45,995 nucleotides of DNA from Patescibacteria group bacterium (GTDB lineage Bacteria > Patescibacteriota > Minisyncoccia > Phycocordibacterales > PALSA-1337), in assembly GCA_028865095.1 (NCBI GenBank), contig JAGWLA010000005.1, forward strand, positions 1 through 45,995. Direction: 5' to 3'. The first letter of the stretch is position 1. Each line of letters opens with the position of its first letter. Shown here piece after piece: positions 20,173 to 29,134 of this stretch. The translations under genes and the position numbers were made by a program. The notes under the pieces are model-generated. The model had not been told where the DNA came from. It worked only from the letters and a program-made list of their open reading frames with translations, and did no database searches.

Positions 20173-20202
20173 AAAGAAAACCGCCCGACGAAAGCCGGGC
20201 GG
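20173..20202 (-). terminator. Rho-independent terminator after 20247..20546
   Basis: ccgcccg/cgggcgg stem followed by a T-rich tract on the minus strand. Confidence 0.65.
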
Positions 20203-20246
20203 CTTCTGTGGGCGGTGAATGAAAAGGATATTCTGACTAAGCGATC

Positions 20247-20546
20247 TCAGTCTTCCGTGCAACCTGCGAGGAGCACGTATTCGATGAACTTTCTCGGGGC
20301 TCCAGGCAATCGGATAGGCCCGAGCAGCTTGCGGGCAGCTTCGAAGTCCGACCGTTTGTCAGAGTAGATGCGCAGGAACGGCACGCGCTTCCCTTCGTGG
20401 TTGAACGAACGGGAAGATACATTCGTTACAGCACATTCTCTGGCTTCGTTTGGTGGCAGCGTAGAAATCAGCTGCCGCCAGATTGCTTCGCCGACTTGAG
20501 AGACTAGACTCTCGTCATTTGGCAGGCCATGCATTTCAATATTCAT
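20247..20546 (-). CDS. Hypothetical protein (99 aa)
   Basis: Lower-GC ORF with its own consensus promoter, GGAG upstream and downstream terminator. Confidence 0.55.
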   Translation of the reverse strand: MNIEMHGLPNDESLVSQVGEAIWRQLISTLPPNEARECAVTNVSSRSFNHEGKRVPFLRIYSDKRSDFEAARKLLGPIRLPGAPRKFIEYVLLAGCTED

Positions 20547-20600
20547 TGTTCACTCCGTGGTTGATTGTTGATGATTTAAAGAACGTGAAATTACGTGTAT

Positions 20601-20630
20601 ATTATACACCACAATATAGACATATGTCAA
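20601..20630 (-). promoter_or_regulatory. Consensus sigma70 promoter TTGACA-N18-TATAAT
   Basis: Plus-strand attata at 20601-20606 and tgtcaa at 20625-20630. Confidence 0.7.
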
Positions 20631-20682
20631 TACATGCCACGGCCCTGTGGGCCTTCAGCATATGCTATCCGCTTCTATTCCC

Positions 20683-23403
20683 TTATTTCCCCGCCATCCT
20701 CTGCCGATGCTCGTCGGTATCCTTCAGCCCGCAGTTCTTGTACTTCTTGCCGCTGCCGCATGGGCAGAGGTCGTTGCGACCCGGCTCTGCAGACGCTGCC
20801 GGCCCGGGGCCCGCAGCCGCTGAAGCCGCGCCGGTGCCGCCGCCGGCCGTTATGGCTTCCGCCTCCTTCTGGATGTCGGTCTTGGCAGGGACGCCGTTCT
20901 GGACGGGCACGATATTGGGGAGGAGCCGCGCGACCTGGCCGGAGACCGCGGCCTGCATCTCCTTGAAGAGGCGGAGCCCCTCTTTCTTGTATTCGACGAG
21001 CGGGTCGCGCTGGCCGTAGGCGCGCAGATTCACGGAGCCGCGGGTGTAATCCATGACTTCCAGATGCTCCACCCAATACATGTCGATGGTCTGCAGCAGG
21101 ACGATGCGCGCCGCCGCCAAGAAGGCATCGCGTCCGAACTCGGCGTATTTCTTCTCGACGATCGCCGCGGGCGAGGGGACGGAAGGAGCAGCGGCATCGA
21201 GCGTCCGAGCTGTCTGAGCGGAGCGGAGCGGAGCGCGTTCCGCAGGACGCGAGGAGGCTGCTGTTCCTTCCGTCCCTGCCGCTCCCGCCGCCCCGACGAC
21301 GGAGAGCAGCTCGGCCTCCACCTCGTCGAGCGAGCCGGTCAAGAGCGTGCGGCGGCGGGCATAGACCGACGAGCGCTGCTGGTTGATGACGTCGTCGAAT
21401 TCGAGGACGTGCTTGCGGGCGTCGAAATTGAAGCCTTCGATCTTCTCCTGGGCGCTCTCGAGGGCGCGCGATATCATCCGATGCTCGATGGCCTCGTCTT
21501 CGGGCATGCCGAGCCTGCCCATCATGTTCTTGAGCATGTCCGAAGCGAAGACGCGCATGAGCGGGTCCTCGAGCGACACGAAGAACTGGGTCTCGCCCGG
21601 GTCTCCTTGGCGGCCGGAGCGGCCGCGCAGCTGGTTGTCGATGCGGCGCGCCTCATGGCGCTCGGTGCCGAGCACGAACAGCCCGCCGAGCCCTTTGACC
21701 TCCTCGTACGACTCGGGAGTGTTCGGGTTGCCGCCGAGCTTGATGTCGACGCCGCGGCCGGCCATGTTGGTGGCGATGGTCACGGCCCCTTTCTTGCCGG
21801 CCTGGGCGACGGTCTCGCCTTCGCGCTCGGCGTATTCCGGCTTGGCGTTGAGCATGGTGTGCGGCACCCCTTCGCTCTTCAGGAACTGCGAGAGGAGCTC
21901 GTTCTTCTCGATGGAGACTGTGCCGATGAGGACGGGCTGGCCCTTGTCATGGGCGGCCTTGACCCGGCGGGCGATGGCCTTGAATTTGCCCGCTTCGGTC
22001 CTGAATATCTGGTCGTTCTTGTCGAGGCGGACCACCGGCTTGTTGGTCGGCACGACATAGACGTCGAGGCCGTAGACCTTGTAGAACTCCTCGCTCGACG
22101 TGGCGGCGGTGCCGGTCATGCCGGAAAGGGTGGGATACATGCGGAAGAAGTTCTGATAGGTGATGGTGGCGTATGTGCGCGACTCCTGCTGGATGGCGAC
22201 CCCTTCTTTGGCCTCGACGGCCTGATGGAGCCCTTCGGACCAGCGGCGCCCGGGCTGGAGGCGGCCGGTGAACTCGTCGACGATGACGACCTCGTTCCCC
22301 TTCACGACGTATTCCTTGTCCTTGCGGTAGAGCGCCTTGGCTTTGACCGCGGTCTCGAGATGATGGACGAACTTGATGCCGGCGTCCGTATAGATGTTGT
22401 CGATGCCGAGCGACTTCTCGGCCTTGGCGATGCCGGCCGGCGTGAGCGATATGGACTTATGCTTCTCGTCGACCGTATAGTCGCCGGCAGGGCCGCCTTC
22501 CTCGGCTTTGTCCTCGGAGAATCCGGCGACCAGGGAGGCGAACTGGCGATACGTGCCCTCGGCGTCGCGGGCGGGGGCGGATATGATGAGCGGCGTCCGG
22601 GCTTCGTCGATCAGGATGGAGTCGATCTCGTCGACGACGGCGTAGTTGAACGGGCGCTGGCGCAGCTTGTCGGCGCTGTATTCGAGGTTGTCGCGGAGAT
22701 AGTCGAAGCCGAATTCGACGTTGGTGCCGTAGGTGATGTCGGCGCGATATGCTTCGCGGCGCGAGACCGGGCGCAGGAATTCATGGACGACCTTGAAGCC
22801 GCCGGTGGCGTCGCGCTCCTTGTCGAGAGGGTCGGACGGAGAGGCTGCGCCCGCCGGGAGCCCTGCTCCGGGCTCGGCCGCCCTATGCGACGGGTCATAT
22901 ATGAACGACGCCTCGTGATTGATGACCGCCACCGACAGGCCGAGGGCGTCGTAGATCTGCCCCATCCAGACGGCGTCGCGGCGGGAGAGATAATCGTTGA
23001 CCGTGACCACATGGACGCCGCGCCCGGAGAGGGCGTTGACATAGGCGGGAAGGGTGGCGACGAGCGTCTTGCCCTCGCCGGTGCGCATCTCGGCGATGGC
23101 GCCGCTGTTGAGCACCATGCCGCCGAGGAGCTGGACGTCGAAATGGCGCTGGCCCAGGGTACGGCGCGCCGCTTCGCGCACGACGGCGAACGCTTCGGGC
23201 ACGATGGCCGAAAGGACGGCCTTCTCCTCTTCTCCTTCTTTCCCCGCCAGCTTAGCCCTGAACTCCGCGGTCTTGCCTTTGAGCTCCGGGTCGGAAAGCG
23301 CCCGGAGCGCGGGCTCGAAAGCGTTGATCTCGGGCACCATGGGCTCGAATCTCTTCAGGCCTTTGGTGTGGGCGTCGCCCCGCAATCTATCCCAGAATGA
23401 CAT
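20683..23403 (-). CDS. secA: Preprotein translocase ATPase SecA
   Basis: AEMRTGEGKT, VVDEIDSILIDEARTPLIIS, GMTGTA, IATNMAGRGVDI, QLRGRSGRQGDPG and SEC-C GRNDLCPCGSGKKYKNC. Confidence 0.99.
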   Translation of the reverse strand: MSFWDRLRGDAHTKGLKRFEPMVPEINAFEPALRALSDPELKGKTAEFRAKLAGKEGEEEKAVLSAIVPEAFAVVREAARRTLGQRHFDVQLLGGMVLNSGAIAEMRTGEGKTLVATLPAYVNALSGRGVHVVTVNDYLSRRDAVWMGQIYDALGLSVAVINHEASFIYDPSHRAAEPGAGLPAGAASPSDPLDKERDATGGFKVVHEFLRPVSRREAYRADITYGTNVEFGFDYLRDNLEYSADKLRQRPFNYAVVDEIDSILIDEARTPLIISAPARDAEGTYRQFASLVAGFSEDKAEEGGPAGDYTVDEKHKSISLTPAGIAKAEKSLGIDNIYTDAGIKFVHHLETAVKAKALYRKDKEYVVKGNEVVIVDEFTGRLQPGRRWSEGLHQAVEAKEGVAIQQESRTYATITYQNFFRMYPTLSGMTGTAATSSEEFYKVYGLDVYVVPTNKPVVRLDKNDQIFRTEAGKFKAIARRVKAAHDKGQPVLIGTVSIEKNELLSQFLKSEGVPHTMLNAKPEYAEREGETVAQAGKKGAVTIATNMAGRGVDIKLGGNPNTPESYEEVKGLGGLFVLGTERHEARRIDNQLRGRSGRQGDPGETQFFVSLEDPLMRVFASDMLKNMMGRLGMPEDEAIEHRMISRALESAQEKIEGFNFDARKHVLEFDDVINQQRSSVYARRRTLLTGSLDEVEAELLSVVGAAGAAGTEGTAASSRPAERAPLRSAQTARTLDAAAPSVPSPAAIVEKKYAEFGRDAFLAAARIVLLQTIDMYWVEHLEVMDYTRGSVNLRAYGQRDPLVEYKKEGLRLFKEMQAAVSGQVARLLPNIVPVQNGVPAKTDIQKEAEAITAGGGTGAASAAAGPGPAASAEPGRNDLCPCGSGKKYKNCGLKDTDEHRQRMAGK
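21176..21276. repeat. Palindromic element inserted in frame in secA
   Basis: Arms GGGACGGAAGGAGCAGCGGC.../...GCTGCTGTTCCTTCCGTCCC with internal (GAGCG)x4 tandem. Confidence 0.7.
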
Positions 23404-23424
23404 AGTAGGGCCACTCTACCATAT

Positions 23425-24438
23425 TTAGTTGACCCACTCCACTTCCGCTTCGATGCCGATGCCGGTCGCGTCCTTGACCCGCTTCATGAGCTCCTGGGCG
23501 AGGGCGACCACTTCGGCCGCCGAAGCGCCCGGCTTGGCCACCACCACCAGCGCCTGCTTCTCATAGACGCAGGCGCCGCCGACGCAGAGCTCTTTGACCG
23601 CGCAGACTTTGTCGAGGATCCATGCGAGGGAGAGCTTGACGCGCCCGTCGGGCTCCGGGAATCCCGGCAGCCCGGGATAGCGCGCCTTGAGGGCCTCGTA
23701 TGCTTCCGCGGCCACGATCGGGTTCTTGAAGAAAGAGCCCGCGGTGCCCCAGAGCTTCCAGTCGGGCAGCTTATGCCAGCGGATGTCGATGACGGCGTCC
23801 CGCACGGCGGCGAGGGTCGGCTCGGTGCCCGCGCCTTTCCCTTCGCTGAAATAGAGCTTCAGGTCGCGATAGCCGATGTCCGTCATCCCGTCCTTCTTCA
23901 GGGCGAGGTCGACGCGGACGACGGCATACCTCCCTTTCTCATGCTTGAAGAGGCTGTCGCGGTAGCCGAAGCGGCAGTCCGTTCCCGCAAGCTCGACGAA
24001 GCGGCCCTCCTTCAGGTCGAACGCGCGCACTGTCCGGATTGCGGAGGCCGCCTCCGCGCCGTATGCGCCGATGTTCTGGATGGGAGCGGCGCCGACGGTG
24101 CCAGGGATGGCGGAGAGGTTCTCGATGCCGTACAGCCCTTTCGAGACGGCGAAGCTGACGGCATCGTCCCAGAGCTCGCCCGCTCCGGCCGAGAGGACGC
24201 CGTCGCGCTCTGTCATGCCCATGATCCCCATCTTGATGACCAGGCCCGGGAAGCCTTCGTCGGAGACGAGCACGTTCGAGCCGCCGCCGAGGATGAAGGC
24301 TTTCATGCCTCTCTCGCGGGCGAGCGCCGCCGCTTCTTCGAGCTCCCGCTCGTCCGTCACAGAGCAAAACAGGCGGGCCGGCCCGCCTATCTTGAACGTC
24401 GTATGCTCCGCGAGGGGGATATTCTCTTGTATGTTCAT
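23425..24438 (-). CDS. murB: UDP-N-acetylmuramate dehydrogenase
   Basis: HTTFKIGGPA, LGGGSNVL, IPGTVGAAPIQNIGAYG, FGYRDSLFK, GTAGSFFKNP and IEAEV motifs. Confidence 0.97.
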   Translation of the reverse strand: MNIQENIPLAEHTTFKIGGPARLFCSVTDERELEEAAALARERGMKAFILGGGSNVLVSDEGFPGLVIKMGIMGMTERDGVLSAGAGELWDDAVSFAVSKGLYGIENLSAIPGTVGAAPIQNIGAYGAEAASAIRTVRAFDLKEGRFVELAGTDCRFGYRDSLFKHEKGRYAVVRVDLALKKDGMTDIGYRDLKLYFSEGKGAGTEPTLAAVRDAVIDIRWHKLPDWKLWGTAGSFFKNPIVAAEAYEALKARYPGLPGFPEPDGRVKLSLAWILDKVCAVKELCVGGACVYEKQALVVVAKPGASAAEVVALAQELMKRVKDATGIGIEAEVEWVN

Positions 24439-24559
24439 GCCGGCATGGTTTGTACCAACCGATGGCCGCGGGTGCGAGCTCCAAATATAATGTCTAATTA
24501 AGATGTGAGTACAGCCGCGGCCGTCGCTTGGTGCAATCTGCGGTGCATTATAGCTCGGC

Positions 24560-24592
24560 ACGCAAAAGGCCGCCAGAGGCGGCGCTTTGCGT
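24560..24592. terminator. GC hairpin with T-rich flanks
   Basis: acgcaaaaggccgcc-aga-ggcggcgctttgcgt. Confidence 0.55.
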
Positions 24593-24691
24593 TAGACATT
24601 TTGGAGAGTGCCCACACAGGGTACTCACGGCGCTACGATAGCATATTTTGGGAGAAATGCAACCTCGCAGTGGGGATATCCGGCCCGGATC

Positions 24692-26923
24692 TTACATGCT
24701 TTGGACCTGCTTTATGGCCGCATCGATCTGGGCCTTGTATTCGGGATGGGCCTTCTCGAGAGCCTGGAGAGTGACGACCGCCGCCGCTTTCTGGCCCGCT
24801 TGCGCCTGGGCCTGGGCCAGCTGGGCGCCGGCTTGGAGGTTGGTAGGATCGGCGTCGTACGCCGCCTGATATATGGCGATGGCTTTCGGATATTCCTTGA
24901 CCATCATATAGGCCTGCGCCATCTGCGGGGTACCGAAGATCGACGACTCCGCCCCGAAGAGGTCGTGGGCCTGCGCTTCTTTGCCGTCGAGCACGAGGGT
25001 CAGGGCGTAGGCCTGGGCGACTTGGGCGTCGTCGGTGGCGGACTGATAGGCTTGGGCGAGGAGCGCTTCGGCCTGGGCCGCTTTGCCGCTGTTGATGAGG
25101 GCATTGGCGAGCTCGAGGTCGATGGATTGCTTGGCAGGCGACAGCTCATGGGCGGTCTGGAGCAGCTGGACGCCTTGGCTGAACTGGCCGATAGAGTCCA
25201 TGAATGAGCCGCCGAGAGTGTATATGCGCGCGTCCTTCAGCGGCGTCGCGGCGATCTGGTCTTGGATGGCCTGCTCCGAGAGCGTGAAGAAGGCCTGCTT
25301 GACCGGGCCGGGCACGGACTGGCTCGATATGACGCTCGACGCGCAGGAGAGGAGCTGCTCCCTGATCTCCTGGTTGGCCACATACGTCCCGACGGACAGC
25401 GCGTCCTGGAAGAGGGCCGCGTCGGGCTGGGACCCGCACCCTTGGAGGGCGGCGATCAGCTTGGTATTCGCTTCGATCGGCCTGACATTGAACGCATAGA
25501 CCGTCGCGACCAGAGCGACGACCGCTGCGGGGACCGCGATATATTCGACGGATTCGAGAGAGAGCGTCTCCGAGCCGGTCCAGCGCTTGAGGAGCTTCGT
25601 GGACCAGCAATTCTCGGGGCGGTCCTTCAAGGACTGGACGAAAGCGAGGAGCGCGAAGAAGAGGATGTAGCTGGCGAGGTTGTCGAAGACGAAAGCGTTG
25701 TGCACCGCATAGCCGGCGACCAGGCCGGTCAGGACGCTCTTCGGGCCGATGCCGAGGTCGGACTTCCAGATGACGGAAAGGAGGATGGCGTAGAGCGCGA
25801 GGTAGGCGATGAGGCCCACGATGCCGCTGTTCACGAGCCAGTCGAGATAGACGCTATGGGCGCGGTCGAACCACTGTTCCTGGCCCCAGAGGCGCGGATC
25901 ATAGTTCGCGTTGAAGATGTAATTGAAATTCTCCTGGCCCCAGCCGAGGACGGGCCGCTCGGCGAAGCCGGTGAGGGCCATGTGCCAGATATAGAGGCGC
26001 GCCGTCGTCTCGCCGTTGGAGAGCGATATGCTCGCCATGCGGCCGAGCACGGGGTTGTTCTGCAGGAACGGCTGATGGCGGAGCGCGATGAACGCGAGGA
26101 TGATGGCGACGATGCCGAGGACGATGCCGCCCGATATCCAGCGCGACCGGGCCGACGCCGGCTTGCCCTTCTTGACCATGCCGCCGAACACGGCGTAGAC
26201 CGTCAAAGCCGCCATGGCGCCCCCGACGAGGCCGAGGATGGTGCCGCGCGTGGCGGTCTCGAAGAGGAGGAACGAGAAGAAGGCGGCGAGGATGGGGTAC
26301 GCCCAGACGAGGAAGCCCGCGTTGGCGATCTTCTTGGCCTTGGCCACGAAGAAGAGGTACGCCGCGATGCCGGCATTCATGAGCATATAGACGGCCATGT
26401 ATGCCGAATTGCCGAGAGAAGCGTCGATGCGGGTCGACCCCTGATGGATGGCGAACATCCCCAGGAGCTGCCCGACGCCGTAGAGCCCGACGACGAAAGC
26501 GACGGCCAGCTCGAAATTGAACCAGCGATGCCACATGCGCTTCCCTTCCTCGCCCGAGCCGAAGACCGCCGTCGCCACCATGAAGAATGCCCAGAGGTGG
26601 ATGATGGTGATCCAGCCTTCCATGCGCTCGAAGTTAGACCACATGCTGCGGATCGGGTTGACGCCGAGAAGGTCGGCGACGAGGGCGACGAGGGCGAATG
26701 CGGTCACTCCGACGGTGAGAGGCGACCATTTCGGCCGGTACTTCGTGTCGAGGCATGCCAGGACGAGCCAGCCGGCGAAGGCGATCTCGATGAGGATCCG
26801 GAAATAGAACGCTTTCCCTGTGATGAACGGGAAGAAGAGGTCGTTGGCGACGATCAGGGCGAATACAGGGACGAGGAACAGGGCGGATAAGACGATGCCT
26901 TTGGCGATTTTGTTCATGGTCAT
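24692..26923 (-). CDS. O-antigen ligase/oligosaccharyltransferase-like (Wzy_C) membrane protein with C-terminal TPR-like repeats
   Basis: FFPFITGK, SNFERMEG, SLGNSAY, TATRG, RLYIW...RPVLGWGQENF and FDRAHS motifs; many TM helices; helical repeat tail. Confidence 0.88.
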   Translation of the reverse strand: MTMNKIAKGIVLSALFLVPVFALIVANDLFFPFITGKAFYFRILIEIAFAGWLVLACLDTKYRPKWSPLTVGVTAFALVALVADLLGVNPIRSMWSNFERMEGWITIIHLWAFFMVATAVFGSGEEGKRMWHRWFNFELAVAFVVGLYGVGQLLGMFAIHQGSTRIDASLGNSAYMAVYMLMNAGIAAYLFFVAKAKKIANAGFLVWAYPILAAFFSFLLFETATRGTILGLVGGAMAALTVYAVFGGMVKKGKPASARSRWISGGIVLGIVAIILAFIALRHQPFLQNNPVLGRMASISLSNGETTARLYIWHMALTGFAERPVLGWGQENFNYIFNANYDPRLWGQEQWFDRAHSVYLDWLVNSGIVGLIAYLALYAILLSVIWKSDLGIGPKSVLTGLVAGYAVHNAFVFDNLASYILFFALLAFVQSLKDRPENCWSTKLLKRWTGSETLSLESVEYIAVPAAVVALVATVYAFNVRPIEANTKLIAALQGCGSQPDAALFQDALSVGTYVANQEIREQLLSCASSVISSQSVPGPVKQAFFTLSEQAIQDQIAATPLKDARIYTLGGSFMDSIGQFSQGVQLLQTAHELSPAKQSIDLELANALINSGKAAQAEALLAQAYQSATDDAQVAQAYALTLVLDGKEAQAHDLFGAESSIFGTPQMAQAYMMVKEYPKAIAIYQAAYDADPTNLQAGAQLAQAQAQAGQKAAAVVTLQALEKAHPEYKAQIDAAIKQVQSM

Positions 26924-26930
26924 GGATGCG

Positions 26931-26938
26931 AGTATACT
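26931..26938. promoter_or_regulatory. Palindromic AGTATACT, a bidirectional -10 element
   Basis: TATACT on both strands, 6 and 7 nt from the two divergent ATGs in a 21-bp intergenic gap. Confidence 0.7.
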
Positions 26939-26944
26939 ACACGG

Positions 26945-27397
26945 ATGGCAAACAAAAAAGTCTTCGTCTCCGGCACCTATGACATCCTCCATGCCGGCCA
27001 CATCAAGTTCTTCAAGGACGCCCGGGCCCTCGGCGGGCATCTGACCGTCTGCTCGGCGAGCAGCGAGGTCATCAAGCTCTCCAAGAAGCGCACGTCCGCC
27101 CTGCCCGACCGCCACAAGCTCGCCATCATCGGGGAGCTCCGGTGCGTCGACAAGGCGCTCATCAGCTCCGACCTCGACCCCGTCTTCGATTTCCTCGGGC
27201 ATTGGAAGCGCGACGGGGCGCCGGATATCCTGGCCGTCACGGACGACGACCGCAACGCCGAGCGCAAGCGCGCCGTCTGCCGGGACTACGGCGTCGAGCT
27301 CGTCGTCCTGCCCAAGACGCCGCCTTCGGCCGACGAGCCCGAGCCCATATCGACGACGGCGATCCGGAAGCGGATCAAAGCCGATCAGGGGGTGTAG
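26945..27397 (+). CDS. Cytidylyltransferase-like (HxGH) nucleotidyltransferase (TagD/RfaE-II type)
   Basis: VFVSGTYDILHAGH, LRCVD and ISTTAIRKRI motifs. Confidence 0.85.
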   Translation: MANKKVFVSGTYDILHAGHIKFFKDARALGGHLTVCSASSEVIKLSKKRTSALPDRHKLAIIGELRCVDKALISSDLDPVFDFLGHWKRDGAPDILAVTDDDRNAERKRAVCRDYGVELVVLPKTPPSADEPEPISTTAIRKRIKADQGV

Positions 27398-27427
27398 GAA
27401 AACGCTGATTCGTGCTACCATGGCGCA

Positions 27428-28252
27428 ATGGCAACGCCGATCCTGGTGATAAAACCGAAGAAAGTCTTCAGTTTCGGAGACCTGCGCGAGCTATGGCTCT
27501 ATCGCGAGCTCCTCTATTTCTTCTCCTGGCGGGACATCAAGGTCCGTTACAAGCAGACGGCAATCGGCGTCCTCTGGGCGATTTTCCAGCCGTTCATCAC
27601 CATGGTCGTATTCACGGTCCTTTTCGGCACTCTCGCGAAAGTGCCGTCCGACAACGTGCCTTATCCAATCTTCGTCTATGTCGGGCTGCTCTTCTGGCAG
27701 TTCTTCTCCGATTCCCTGAGCGACACCTCGAACGCCCTCGTCAATAACCAGTCGATCGTCACCAAAGTCTACTTCCCCCGGCTCATCCTCCCCATCTCGT
27801 CCGTGACCACGAAGCTCGTCGATTTCGCAGTCGCCGCGGTCATCCTGGTCGGCATGATGCTCTATTACGACTATACGCCAAACCTGCTCGGCCTGCTCAT
27901 CCTGCCGCTCCTCCTCGCCATATCGTTCATGGCGGCGGTGGGGGGTGGCCTCCTGCTCTCCGCAATCAACGTCAAGTACCGCGACGTGCGCTACGCCCTG
28001 CCATTCTTCATCCAGATCCTGCTCTTCCTCACGCCGGTCATATATCCCTCGTCGATCGCGGGCAAGTTTTCGAAGCTGCTGGCCTTGAACCCCATGACCG
28101 GCGTCATCCAGAGCGCCCGCGCCGCCCTCCTCGGCACGACCCCTCTCAACTGGTGGCTCGTCGCAGATTCGCTGCTCGCCACCGTGGTCCTCCTGGCGGT
28201 CGGCGTATACGTCTTCAAGAAGACCGAGCGGACTTTCGCTGATATCATATAG
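27428..28252 (+). CDS. wzm: ABC-2 polysaccharide export permease (Wzm/RfbA-like)
   Basis: WRDIKVRYKQTAIGVLWA, KVYFPR, YRDV, LTPVIYP and LNPM motifs. Confidence 0.93.
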   Translation: MATPILVIKPKKVFSFGDLRELWLYRELLYFFSWRDIKVRYKQTAIGVLWAIFQPFITMVVFTVLFGTLAKVPSDNVPYPIFVYVGLLFWQFFSDSLSDTSNALVNNQSIVTKVYFPRLILPISSVTTKLVDFAVAAVILVGMMLYYDYTPNLLGLLILPLLLAISFMAAVGGGLLLSAINVKYRDVRYALPFFIQILLFLTPVIYPSSIAGKFSKLLALNPMTGVIQSARAALLGTTPLNWWLVADSLLATVVLLAVGVYVFKKTERTFADII

Positions 28253-28258
28253 ACCGCC

Positions 28259-29134
28259 ATGAATACCGGGCTCAACAGCTACAAGAAGACTATATTCTCC
28301 CAATGGGGCGAGGACGGCATCATCGAGGAGATATTCAAACGCATCGGCGAGACGAATCGCCTCTGCGTCGAATTCGGGGCCGGCGACGGCTTCGAATGCT
28401 CGAACGTCTGGCATCTCATAAAGGACCGGGGCTGGAACGCCCTTCTCATGGAGCCTGACGAGGCACGGTACGAGAAGTGGATGGCCCTGAAGAAGGAGGC
28501 TCCGCGTCTCGAAGTGCTCAAGACGGCCGTCGCGCCCGAAGGAGACGCGTCCCTTGAGAGCATCCTCGAGAGGAATGGCGCGCCCCGCAGCCTCGACCTC
28601 CTCTCTATCGACATCGACGGCGACGATTATCACATATTCAAGGACATGAAGGCATTCAAGCCACGCGTGCTCATCATCGAGCACAATCCGACCATCCCGC
28701 CCGAAGACAGCATCGTCCAGGCGTACGGCGAGAAAGAGCCGTTCGGCGCCTCCGCGCGCGCAAACCTCGATCTGGCGCATGAAAAGGGATATTCGCTGGC
28801 AGCCATGACGCATACGAACTGCATATTCGTGCGCTCCGACGAATTCGCGAAGCTGGGCATCGAGGAACCAGGCCTTGAAGAGGTGTTCGACCGTTCCGGC
28901 CTATCCTATGTCGTATCGGCTTATAACGGATCGCTCTATCTGCGAGGGTTGCGAGGGAAAGGGCAGCCGGCGTTCGGCTGGATCTATCGGGGCTTCCGCG
29001 TCTCTTTCTTCTGGTCGAGGATCCATGCATTCGCGTTCGGACTGGCCTTCAAGGCCAAGATATCGGCGACATTGGCGCGCCGATACGGAGCCATCGTCGC
29101 TTTCTATTCCGGGAAAAGGCATACACAGCCATGA
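28259..29134 (+). CDS. FkbM-like SAM-dependent methyltransferase
   Basis: FSQWGEDG, CVEFGAGDG, DLLSIDIDGDDY and PRVLIIEHN motifs. Confidence 0.8.
   Translation: MNTGLNSYKKTIFSQWGEDGIIEEIFKRIGETNRLCVEFGAGDGFECSNVWHLIKDRGWNALLMEPDEARYEKWMALKKEAPRLEVLKTAVAPEGDASLESILERNGAPRSLDLLSIDIDGDDYHIFKDMKAFKPRVLIIEHNPTIPPEDSIVQAYGEKEPFGASARANLDLAHEKGYSLAAMTHTNCIFVRSDEFAKLGIEEPGLEEVFDRSGLSYVVSAYNGSLYLRGLRGKGQPAFGWIYRGFRVSFFWSRIHAFAFGLAFKAKISATLARRYGAIVAFYSGKRHTQP

Noticed and set aside
21180-21195. CGGAAGGAGCAGC resembling the SRP RNA helix 8 motif
   Set aside because: The upstream CAGG half and GNRA-capped stem are missing; it is one arm of the palindromic insert.
21216-21235. Short tandem repeats as a CRISPR array
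   Set aside because: 5-nt units without spacers; no cas genes or repeat-spacer structure anywhere in the window.
21064-23400. Long antisense ORFs (e.g. 778 aa opposite secA, 524 aa opposite rnj, 533 aa opposite the ATP-grasp gene)
   Set aside because: Shadow frames expected from high-GC codon bias; no motifs, and they mirror well-supported genes.
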